Shown piece after piece: positions 28,513 through 39,400 of a stretch of DNA of 64,000 bases (position 1 is the first letter of the stretch; each line of letters begins with the position of its first letter). Both the position numbers and the translations under genes were made by a program. The stretch lies in assembly GCA_000002435.2 (NCBI GenBank), contig CM018789.1. One strand, 5' to 3'. Source of the stretch: Giardia intestinalis. Taxonomy: Eukaryota. The notes beneath the pieces were generated by a model. That model saw nothing but the letters and a program-made list of their open reading frames with translations, was not told the origin of the DNA and ran no database searches.

Positions 28513-30123
28513 CTACTCTTTAACCTCCTGTATCACTCTCTTCAGAGAATCTAGTTTATATTGCATAGCTGCTTGCGCCTTATACGCATTGTCGCGCTCC
28601 TTCTCAAGTGCAGTGCATGCTTCTGCTAGTTTCAGCAGCTCAGCATCGCGAATGCTTAGCTCTCCTGTTAGGCGAGTAGTATCTGCTTTACACTTTTCGA
28701 GCGCTTCGTCGGCAGCCCTAGCACGATCTTGCTGTTCTTTTAGTGCCTCCTTCAGAGACTTTAGTTCTTTATCTAGTGCTGTACAGCGCGCTTTTCTTTC
28801 GGAACACTTCTTTTCTAGAGCAGCTAGCTCACAGTCAGCCTTATCTCTCTCTTCTTCAGTCAATTTTAAATCATGCAAGAGGCTTCCTGCCCGTGCTTCC
28901 AGCTCTACTATTCGTCGATTCAACTTTGTGCATTTATCACATTCTATTGAGCCACCGTTTTTCTGGACTGCTTCCTCTTCTGCTGTCAGCACAACAGGCT
29001 GTGTCTGGGAGCACATGTCCTTACTTTTTAGGGCTAGCGGTGGACATATAAGGCCATCTGTGTCCCGTACGTCATATTGTTGGTCACAGTCTCTCAACTT
29101 CCGCTGCTTAGTTTGACTTCCCTTAGTTCTTTCGTCGACACTGCTTTGGCTATGGATATCATCCATTGCAGTGCCCTTAGATAAGAGCTCCTTCTTGGGA
29201 CCAATACAGGAATTGTTAGCATCAAGGTCCGTGATAAGCTCACGTGTGTTTGTGTAAACCATATTGTCTTCACTGCTGCATGTTGCTTTTTCAGCTAGTA
29301 CTATTTGTGGATGCAGTTGCATAAGTGTGGATATTTGCTCATGCGCCCGTTGAAGATCTTCCTGTAGCCGTACTGCAATAATATCCTTTTGTTCTACCTC
29401 CAGCATGAGTCGTTCTTTATCCTGTATGACTGTGCGAAGATTATCTGTTAATACGTCATTTGTGCACTGGAGTTCCTTCAAGCTGGGAAGAAGCTTTTGC
29501 TCCACCCCGTCCTTATACTGACTTAGCACCTCTGCCTCCTTTTTATATTCAAGTGCCCGCTGCTCTGCAGCAGTATATTCTTTCACTAGCTCTTCATTGA
29601 GTTTTCTGGCCTCGGCAAATCTTTCCTTAAGCTGCGCATATTTTTCTGTTTTCTTTGCTAACGTGTGCGTGCATGCGTCGAGCTTTGTTGCAAGAAAAGC
29701 TGCTGCATGGTCGTCCGTTGGGCTTTGGCTAGTTGACTCCTTGTTCCGGCGCTTGTGCGTGTCAGTCTGTGAAGAGCAATACTCTTCTGTTTGTACGTAA
29801 GAGAATACTGTTGATACTGTGCATTGAACTTCATTACTTTTAGTAGAAACATAGCATTGTGACACTGCATCAGAAGTCTCGACCGAAAGTATTTCTAGAT
29901 GCCTTACTGGCTCGTACTCTAGAGTCTTCCTTGATAAAATTCTAGTTGGTGAGCGGGGAGACGATAAAAGCTGGGGTGACTGAGGAACATTGCGTGTTTC
30001 TTTGTTAAGCTTTTCCTGCCGCAGATCATACTGAGTTGTAACGTCAGTGCATTCATGGATCAATTTGTGAATGTTCTGCAGAATATTGTCGTCCGTGTAA
30101 AGAGACGACAAAGACAGGTTCAT
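28513..30123 (-). CDS. Hypothetical coiled-coil protein (536 aa)
   Basis: ATG at 30123-30121. The C-terminal half is strongly heptad and E/K/L/A-rich. The antisense Ser/Phe-rich ORFs are the usual mirror artefact of a coiled-coil gene. Confidence 0.6.
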   Translation of the reverse strand: MNLSLSSLYTDDNILQNIHKLIHECTDVTTQYDLRQEKLNKETRNVPQSPQLLSSPRSPTRILSRKTLEYEPVRHLEILSVETSDAVSQCYVSTKSNEVQCTVSTVFSYVQTEEYCSSQTDTHKRRNKESTSQSPTDDHAAAFLATKLDACTHTLAKKTEKYAQLKERFAEARKLNEELVKEYTAAEQRALEYKKEAEVLSQYKDGVEQKLLPSLKELQCTNDVLTDNLRTVIQDKERLMLEVEQKDIIAVRLQEDLQRAHEQISTLMQLHPQIVLAEKATCSSEDNMVYTNTRELITDLDANNSCIGPKKELLSKGTAMDDIHSQSSVDERTKGSQTKQRKLRDCDQQYDVRDTDGLICPPLALKSKDMCSQTQPVVLTAEEEAVQKNGGSIECDKCTKLNRRIVELEARAGSLLHDLKLTEEERDKADCELAALEKKCSERKARCTALDKELKSLKEALKEQQDRARAADEALEKCKADTTRLTGELSIRDAELLKLAEACTALEKERDNAYKAQAAMQYKLDSLKRVIQEVKE

Positions 30124-30204
30124 GTCCTCTGAGCCTTAGCTTTTTGAATTCTCAACTGAGTAAACGACAGACAGGGATGAGTAGTGGTAAAAAAGTTTAC
30201 ACCA

Positions 30205-33200
30205 TCACCACTCAGCATAATCGTTGTTATCGTCCTCATGATTGTCTCGAAGCTCTCCACTTTGACCTGAGTCTGCAGCACTGGCATCAATGTTTGTTGC
30301 GCTTTGCGAGCGCACAGAGGATGCGCTTCCGGATCTACTGGCAAACATTCCTCCACTATTTCGAATAGAAGCAGCTGTGTTCTCATAGCTCATATTAGTG
30401 GAGTGGGTAAAGATTCCATATCTACCTGCTCCTTTCACATCAACAAGATCGGACGTATCATATTGATTGCTATGCGTGCTTGCCTTAGATGCCAGTGCTG
30501 AACGGAAGCTGTTGATGCTGTTACAAGAAGTCATAGAGAATGCACTCATCTTGCTATTAACTGCACTTGTAATGGATGCTATTCTAGAGTCCCTGCCGTC
30601 AACGATGTTACTCAGTCCTCGGGACCTACTAGTGATGGTTAGCTGTGTGGGAAGACTGGACTTTGCTGAAGTCAAGGTATTGGCCGTGTAGCTTGAGAAA
30701 ATACGTGAAGCGTTTTCGGCTTGTCTTGAGCGGTTGCACCCAGGGCTGAATAGTGGATTCATATTAGCATCCACACGTCCACCTGCAGACACGACACTCC
30801 TTACAGATGAGTGTGAAGTGTACGTGGAAGTTGGTGTCACCATTGCAGTGGCAGTTGGAGAGATAAAGGTTGTTGAAAACGGCATTCCCATGCTATCGAC
30901 TGGTGTTTCTTCTGCTCCGGCTGTGGGCCTGACTTCTGTAGTCGCATTATGGACCTTAAGATAATAGGAGTTCGGGAAAAGTTCATCCTCGTTAATACTT
31001 GGAAGTTCTGCACAATTGAGCAGAAGATCAAAACAACCAGTTCCAAAGTCACCTTGCTTCCCCATAACAACACAAGAAGAGACAGACTTGAGAGGATCCA
31101 CAACACCAAACGCAGCTGCCTTGAGGACGGTTGCCCCGGGGCGCTCGAAGGTAGCTTGTGCCAGCACACCAGTATTGGTTGCTTGCATACCATATCGATT
31201 TATAGATATCATCTTGTTATTTTGGGGCCGCGAGGACATAATATCGGCCAAAATTAAGTAGTGGTGAATATTGAGGTCTACCTTGTCAAGGGTCGCTCTG
31301 ATCTGTTTTATAAATAAGGCTCGTGCTGCTTCTATTCCCAAGATTTCATAGATCTCTCGCACGTTTGTAGTCCACGTCCTGGTAAAGTCCACCTCTGGCT
31401 GCGTCAAAATCCAAAGGAGATCAGAACCGTCTGTCTGTAAATAGAGCTCGCTAATATCGCTGTTGGGTTGAGTAAATTTCCCTATCGAACCTATCTTGCT
31501 TAGATCTCCTTCTGACATTTTGTGCATAGAGAGCCCGTCACTGGAGCCCTGAGAGAAGACGTCTACGTTAGATGTGAAGCCATCATAACCATAATGAACC
31601 AGCGGATTGGACGACGCCATGAAAACCTTTCTGATTGACTCATTGCCCGATATGTGAACATTCCTGAGAAATGCATCAACGCCATCATATCGCTCCGCTA
31701 GCAATCTGCTCTTTTCCATGTCTGGCGCCCCACTACCAATGGCGCTCCCCTTGACGGCGTTATACTCATCCTCAGTGAGGCTGGGTCTAACTCGTATAAC
31801 AGTTTTGCCCAAGCCGGTATAGTAATTTATTATTGGCATTTCACGGCCAATCATGGCTTTTTGCTTAATGTTAATGTCATCTTCATCGTCCTCATCGTCG
31901 TCTTCAGACTTTGGGCGACCCGCTCTTGATGTGTATATTTGTTGCAGCATCAGTATCAACCTACTCACAAGTGTCTGAATGGTAATCCCAGCTTCGATCT
32001 TCTGCTGCATCTGTTTCAGTCCTATTTCATATCGGAGAACAAACGGAGAGTAGAAGCGAACAGCTTCGTTTGGACGCTCTCCATAGACTTGCTGTTGTAA
32101 ATGCCCTATTTCCGATTCTAGGTGGAGCCATTCCCTGTCGTCCGCAACACAGGTGAGCTCATCAAATGGATCAAAAATAAGTTTGTAGTCATCTATATAA
32201 TAGTTGAATGTTGTATGTTCTATTTTCGCAGCCAAGTTCATCCACGCCTTAGATTGTCGGATGTTTCTCCCGGTAGCCTCCTCGGCTGATGCGATATTGT
32301 AGCTGTTGGGACGAGGAGCCACAGGACGGTTGAAAAGCATCGGAGAATGGCTAGTACACCGAGTATCCACACCAGCATTGGCAGGGTCCTGGTTAGAAAT
32401 GTTAAGATATATGGTGCTGACGGAAATCTTTGGATTTCGGAAGTCGATGAGCTCCTTGAGGCGAGGAAGCCCAAGGCCTCCGAGTGCGGAGGTTCCTGCT
32501 GTATGGAACGTGTTGAGAGTAAGTTGTGTAGCGGGCTCGGAGACAGAGTGTCCAGCCAGTGGCCCAACAGGTTCTCCTGGAGAAACTTGGCCTCTAACAA
32601 ACTTTTCCTCAATGGTTGCAAGAATTCTATCCAGTTGCTCACTGGTAAGACGGTATTTATAACAGCATGACTTTGAAGACAAGCATTGCCGCAGAATGAC
32701 TCGGAATAGAGTAGATTCTTTCGGCCGAAAGGACTTTATCCTAGAGAGGAGCTTGTTCACCTTTTCTATAGCCTCAAAGGGCTTGAGATAGCATCTCCAC
32801 GCAGACTCTCGGATCAATCTACTAACCTTGTTGATAGAGCCTGCTTGGATCTCTGATTGAATTATTCTGTCCAGATTCATCCCAAAGGTGAATTTCTTGA
32901 CATCTGTGTCTAGGGTAATTCTAGAGCGCTGGAGCCAGATCCTCTCCAACAAGAGGACAATGTATTCGACAAGTATAGTGCTAATCGCAAAGTCTCGTTC
33001 TAGCACAAGTGATGATTTTACCCCAATATCCAGCCAAGAGTCGTCTATGTTTTCAGGAACATACCCAGGTGAGCTTTCTGCATCCATAAATAGCGCATAA
33101 TGGTTCTGTAGATATGACGATAATTCAGTAAAGGAAACCAGGTTATTATCCAGGACTAGATTGTCGAACCCTTTAGCTCTTAATTCGTCGTCACATACCT

Positions 33201-36200
33201 CGTAGAATGAAACTCCATCGCAGAGATGAGCGAATTGCTCGGGAGTATCACGGAGCTTGGCAATGATAACCGCGAATTTTTCCCGAACTAAAGTAGCGTA
33301 GAAATCGGTGCTCTCATCCATCTCAGTGTTCTGAAAATCGACTATCTGCGACCAATCAATATAGTGAGCACGCAAGAAGTCCATGTCACTTATGGAGAAG
33401 TCCTTGAATTCGCGGCTTTCTGATTTGTGCGGATCTATCCCGTCGTCTCCATATCGGAATGAAATAATCTCGTTGGAGTCATTGCGGACAGAGTTGTCAT
33501 AACGATAACAAACAGACTCCATTACCTTTAGGAGCTTTCTTTCAACATATCCGCTATCAGCTGTTTTGACCGCAGTGTCACACACTCCTTCACGTCCACC
33601 CACAGCATGGAAATAAAACTCTGCTGGATTTAGCCCCCTGATGAATGAGTTGAAAATGTAGCCCCGGCTCTCCATGTTTAAACTGCTGAAAGGACTGTAG
33701 CAGGGGAGAGACCTGTGGGTCTCGAACCTATGCGGCATGCGCTTGCTTTGGAGAAACTGTTGGCCCAATGACGATGAGATTTGCATCATATTGAATTTCT
33801 TCCCCTTCGACCCAGCGTTTATCATAACCAGAAGCGCATTTCTATGAGGAGCCGCATCGGTAATTACCTTCTCCAAGGCAAGAGAAGTGCCAGACACCTT
33901 TGAAATGACCTCTTGCTCAAATGCATCATTTCGGGACTGTCCTGGGGCCAGCTTAATTTTGTAATGAATAGATAGTTTAAACAGCTCACTGATGTCTTTT
34001 GAAAGCTTGGTCTGAATCTCAGCGACTTTCCTCTCAGTGTGTTCTGACGACACCATATCTCCCATTCCAACAGAGAACCCATGGTCCAGCATAAACCGAC
34101 ACACAACACGCTGACAATTATCGATGAACGCTCTGCATGGCTCAATGCCATAATCCCTAAAGAGGATGTGGATTAGTGCACTTTCAGTTCCTCCTACGAC
34201 AGATGATGCTATGCGACCACACATAACACTGCCATCCAGAAAAGAAATGTATTTGTCTGCATGTGCGGATATGTCTTTGGGATCTCCAGAGCGGTAAAAC
34301 ACACCTCTAGGTACAAACATAGAGAACACTTGTTTACCAGTCCACCGTGCTTCTGGATAGCAAATGGCGGGCTGGGAAACATTAAGGAGAACATGGTCAT
34401 TAGTATTCACGTTGCTTCCAGGGCGTTTAAAGTATGCGCCGTTATCGTTATTGATATTGTCCTCATATGCCTTTCGAGATGCGCTAGAGGCGCCATAATT
34501 GCCAGTAGAAAGATACGATCCTCGTCCATCAACTACACTACCAGTAGCAGAGTTACCCACCAAGTACGATGAAGAATCATACTCAGCAGGATTGTAAGAG
34601 CCAGAGGTGTGGTCACTAAAGTCGTAAGACATAGATGCTGAAGAGTGTCCTCGCTGGTTCACCGACCCCTTGTCGTATCTTTGCAGTTTGTGTGCATACG
34701 TAGGGTCGGAGGTTCTGCTAAATCCCATCCACATGATGTACTCACATACCCGTGCAAAGGGAATAGTTACATCCTTCCCTGTGAACAAGTAACAGCCCAA
34801 GAGAACATCCTGAACGATGTAGACGATGGGCCTGTTATCCTTGACGGAAACAACCTGGTTGCTCACCATGCAAAGCTCACTAATCTCTGCGACAGCCTCT
34901 AGACTCTGCAAGGCATGTAGGTTCATTTCGTCTCCATCAAAGTCTGCATTGTAGGAGGATGTCGCCGAAAGATTTAATCGATACGTGCTGTAAGGAAGGA
35001 CCTTCACACGGTGGCCCATAAAGGATGACTTGTGAAGGGTTGGCTGCCTGTTAAACAAGACATAATCACCATCAAGCAGATGCCTGTTAACTATGGTTCC
35101 TAGTGGAAGAGGATCGTTGGTGGTTTCTCCACCCAGTCGCCCGTCTGCGTCAGTGGAAGAGCCCCAGCCAGTTGAGTTTATTACCTGAGTGTCTATAAGC
35201 TGGACGGTGCCACTGGGAAGTGTCTTGCTGACGGCTCCAGGGTAGCGGTTGCCGTTGGAAACAAGCTTCATAAGAAAGTCACGGTTGCGTGCAGTAACAA
35301 CCTCTGGGAACGTAAGCCTACTTGCAACAGAACGAGGCACCCCTAACTCGTTGATGCTGATAGTCGGATCACCAGTAATAACGCTCCGTGAACAATAGTT
35401 AACGCGCTTTCCCATTAAGTTGCTTCTCATTCTACCATACTTTCCAGAAAGACGCTCGAAAATTCCCTTGGTGGGCACAGAACCTCCATCTGCGTTGAGT
35501 CCTTTGGCAGAGATGAGAGTCTTGTATGCGTTATAAATATCGTTGGGCCCAATTTGAGACTTAGCACCCGTGGCGCCACCGCCAGCGTTTAGACTATTAT
35601 TGTTGCAATCTCTTATATTGCGAAACAAGGAGACATACATTTCGGTCAATTGATCTTCTGCTGTTGTCCCATCTGTCCTAATTGAGGGACGAACTGCACG
35701 GGACCCTACCTGTATGGAGGAAATGATGAAGTTCTCTATATGGTCTCTCTTCAGACCCAACAGGACGATGTCATCTTTGTTGTAGCGCGTAATAAGGAGC
35801 TTACATGTGTGAGCATCCATTAGCTGATCTTGATCCTTGGCTTGCCTTGCAGTGCTTCCTCTTGTACTCTTAGAGACAGCTAGGATTAGTGGTTGTGGCG
35901 CCACGCCGTTCCTGGACGTCCCGGAAGCCTTCTTCCTGTAAAGTATATTCCTCTCACAGCAAGCAATCGTAGCTGATAGTTCCGCTAATTTTGGGAGAAA
36001 GTTCAGGGTTGGCGTAGTATCTCTGAGTCTGTTTAAAGCGTTTATGGCAAGCTCACGGTCTGTTTCCTTGAAGAGTCTAAAAAACTTTAGGTGATAGCAA
36101 TTGGGGCAAAAGCAATTCATCAAAGTAGCTAGGTCATCTATTATCATGGGGTGAAAGATGTCGTAACCAAATTTAACTACACCGAGGTGACCAGGACAGA

Positions 36201-36435
36201 GAACTGAGGGATCCTGGTCACCAGCCTTACCACTGCATGTGGGGCACTCGTTTTCTTCCTGGAAGATGACGCCTAAGCGAGTGCTGTTCAGCTCCGAGAA
36301 CATGCTCATTTGATCACTTGAAGACTCCCTTGGCACAATGGGAATAAGGGAATTCTTTTCGTTCTCGCTGAAAAGAGTAAAGCGAACACGCTTTGGGACT
36401 CCATAAGGAATCCGCAAAGCAAACTCTTTGTCCAT
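30205..36435 (-). CDS. RPB1: DNA-directed RNA polymerase II largest subunit (Rpb1) with no heptad CTD
   Basis: ATG at 36435-36433. An N-terminal zinc motif CPTCSGK...[10 protein letters not shown] is present. The catalytic block [52 protein letters not shown] is closest to the Pol II pattern ([29 protein letters not shown]...NRPVMGIVQD). The roughly 300-aa C-terminal tail is Ser/Thr-rich but has no YSPTSPS repeats. A low-complexity insertion of about 90 aa is also present (...[35 protein letters not shown]...). Confidence 0.8.
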   Translation of the reverse strand: [2076 protein letters not shown]

Positions 36436-36479
36436 TGTCTAGCTTTTTTTACACTTTTGCTTAAGCCAAAAAAAATACC
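36436..36479. promoter_or_regulatory. 44-bp bidirectional promoter between the Rpb1 (-) and LeuRS (+) start codons
   Basis: The sequence between the two ATGs is ccattgtctagctttttttacacttttgcttaagccaaaaaaaatacc. It is AT-rich, with an A-tract immediately 5' of the LeuRS ATG. Confidence 0.6.
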
Positions 36480-39400
36480 ATGAAGTGCCTTTCTCGACTT
36501 CAGGCCATTGAGAAGAAATGGCAGCGGTACTGGAGCTCCAGGAACACCTTTATGGCCGAGCCTCCGGTTGGCTCCGATAGAGATAAGCGTGACTCCAAGA
36601 AGTTTTTCGTGACTTTTCCTTACCCCTACATGAATGGCAGGCTCCACCTAGGCCATCTCTTCTCTGCCACCCGTGCTGAGTTTGCCGTGGGCTATCATTT
36701 GATGAGGGGCGACAGTTCTCTGTTCCCGTTTGGCTTTCACGTAACAGGTATGCCCATCTGTGGGGCGGCTAAAAAGCTTGCCGATGAGATAGAGCACTAT
36801 GGTTGTCCACCTGTCCTACCGACTGCAGACAGTTTAGAGTTGCCCGGGAGTGTTACCGCCTCTGAGAATGCCATCGACAAAGTAGGTCAATTCAAGGCTA
36901 AGAAGGCCAAGCTCAATGCTAAGACGGTCTCCAAGTCGCAGTGGGATATACTTATCGACCTCGGTGTCCCCGAGAAAGAGATCCCCAAGTTCGTCGATCC
37001 CTATCATTGGGTTAAGCATTTTCCTGCTCTTTGTTATAAAGATATGTGCAAGTTTGGAGCGCGGGTGGACTGGAGGCGCTCTATGATCACAACGGATGCT
37101 AATCCATACTACGATTTATTCGTTAAATGGCAGTTTAGAAAGCTTTACCGTGATGGATACATCAAGTTTGGAAAGAGAAACTGCATATGGTCTCCCTTAG
37201 ATGGCCAGGCGTGTATGGATCATGATCGCTTCTCAGGTGAGGGGGTACAGCCACAAGAGTACATAGGCATCAAGCTCGAGCTTATAAATTATACCACTCT
37301 TCTGGAAGAGCAGCGTGAACAACAACAAGAGGGAGAGGAGGAAGGTGATGGCATGGATGATAGTCTGGCAGAAAAGCTGAACATTAAGCTTCCGCGCTTT
37401 TATAGCAATCCTAAAAACAAAGCAATATTTGATCAGCTCTGGGAGAATCAGGTAGATAACGCTAAAGTTTATCTCCTCGCTGCTACGCTCCGTCCTGAAA
37501 CGATGGTTGGCCAAACTAATTGCTGGGTCTTGCCGACAGGGAGGTACGGGGCATACTATATTAATAAGGATGAGGTAATCATCGTTTCAGAACATGCCGC
37601 CGTGAACATGGCCCACCAAGGGTTGAACAACAACAAGCCGTTTGGAGAATTGGATTTTATATGCGAAATATCTGGTTCTGATCTTCTCTTGGCTACCGTC
37701 CGAGCCCCTCTCAGTCCTTACGAGCAAATCTTTGTTTTGCCTCTGGAGACAATTAAGATGGATAAAGGAACAGGGATAGTGACATCTGTTCCTAGTGACG
37801 CGCCAGACGACTACGCGTGCTATAAGGATATCCTCGAGAATCGCAACGGAATCGCCGAAAAGTATGGAGTGGACGTTGGTCTGATGCTTGAGCCATACAG
37901 TCCTCTGCCAATTATAGAGATACCCGACATAGGGACTCTCTCTGCCGTGCGTCTTTGCGAGGAAAGCAACGTATCCTCGTTACATGATAGAGCAAAGCTA
38001 ACTCAGATAAAGGAGATTTGTTATACCAAGGGATTCTATACGGGAATCATGAAGATGGGCCCATTTGCCGGCCAGTGTGTAAAGGATTGCAAGCAAAGCT
38101 GCAGAGATCTCCTCGTCCAAAACAATCAATGCATAGTGTATTCTGAGCCAGAGTCAGAGGTCATTTCCCGCTCTAATTGCGTATGTGTCGTTGCTGCAGC
38201 TGATCAGTGGTACCTCGATTACGGAAATGTCGCATGGAAGGATAAGGTGCGCTACAACATCGAGAAGTATTTAAACACCTATCACGATGAGGTGAAAAAT
38301 CAGTTTAATCGTACAGTGGACGGGTTCAGAGAATGGGCTGCCTCTCGTTCTTTTGGTTTGGGAACAAAGCTGCCTTTCGACGAGAGATACGTCATTGAGT
38401 CGTTATCGGATAGCACAATTTACAATGCCTATTACACGGTTGCTCATTACCTTCAGGGAGGAAGCTTGGATGGATCTACCAGTCTATTTCCTGTCGAGAT
38501 TGTTGATGACTCCTTCTTTGATTATGTCTTTGATTTATCCAACAATCTTCCTGAAAAGTTCATGGAATACTTTAGTACTGATCCAGCTGGAGCTGACCGT
38601 TTGCATCAGCTTAAAAAGAGCCTTCTAGTTCCGGGAGTCAACTCTCAGATAATTCTTGCTATTAGATCTGCAGAAGACCTGCTCACTGCAATGAGAGAGT
38701 CTTTTTGCTTCTGGTACCCTGTGGACTTGCGTTGTTCTGGCAAGGATCTTATTCCAAACCACCTGACGATGATGTTGTACAATCATACCGCTATCTGGTC
38801 TGATGACGAGGCAAAATGGCCCAGAGGAATGCGTGCCAACGGACACCTTCAGCTCAATGATGCAAAAATGTCGAAGGCCACCGGGAACTTCTTGACAGCT
38901 GATGAGGCCATACGCAAGTACGGTGCAGATGCCGTTCGATTTGCCCTGGCTGACGCTGGTGATGGGCTTGACGATGCCAATTTCAGAGAGGAAACAGCGA
39001 ACAATGCTGTTCTGCGTCTCTATAATCTCCTTGCAACCTGTCAAGAACTTCTAGCAGCCAGTGCCGTGTGCTACCCCGAGTCTTATGAGGACATTTACAG
39101 CACAATTGAAGCAAGCTCTGCTGATTGCATACACGAATGTGTCTTCCTGGCATCTATACTCGATTGCACACTCCGTGCTTGTTCTGCATTTGAACGATGT
39201 AGTTTCCGGGAAGGACTTATCATCTCATTCAACGAATTGGGACACTCTCGGGACCAGTATATCCATAGTTGCGAGACGAGAAGAGTGCCTTATTGCCGCT
39301 TTCTCATCGAAGAGTACGTCAGCACCCAAGCCAAGCTTTTGGCTGTTATATGCCCACATATTGCCGAAGAACTCAACGCAGAGGTACTTGGTAGGTCGAA

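Noticed and set aside
28589-29116. 175-aa Ser/Phe-rich ORF on the plus strand
   Set aside because: It is antisense to the E/K/L/A-rich coiled-coil gene 28513..30123. It is the typical mirror ORF of a coiled-coil coding sequence.
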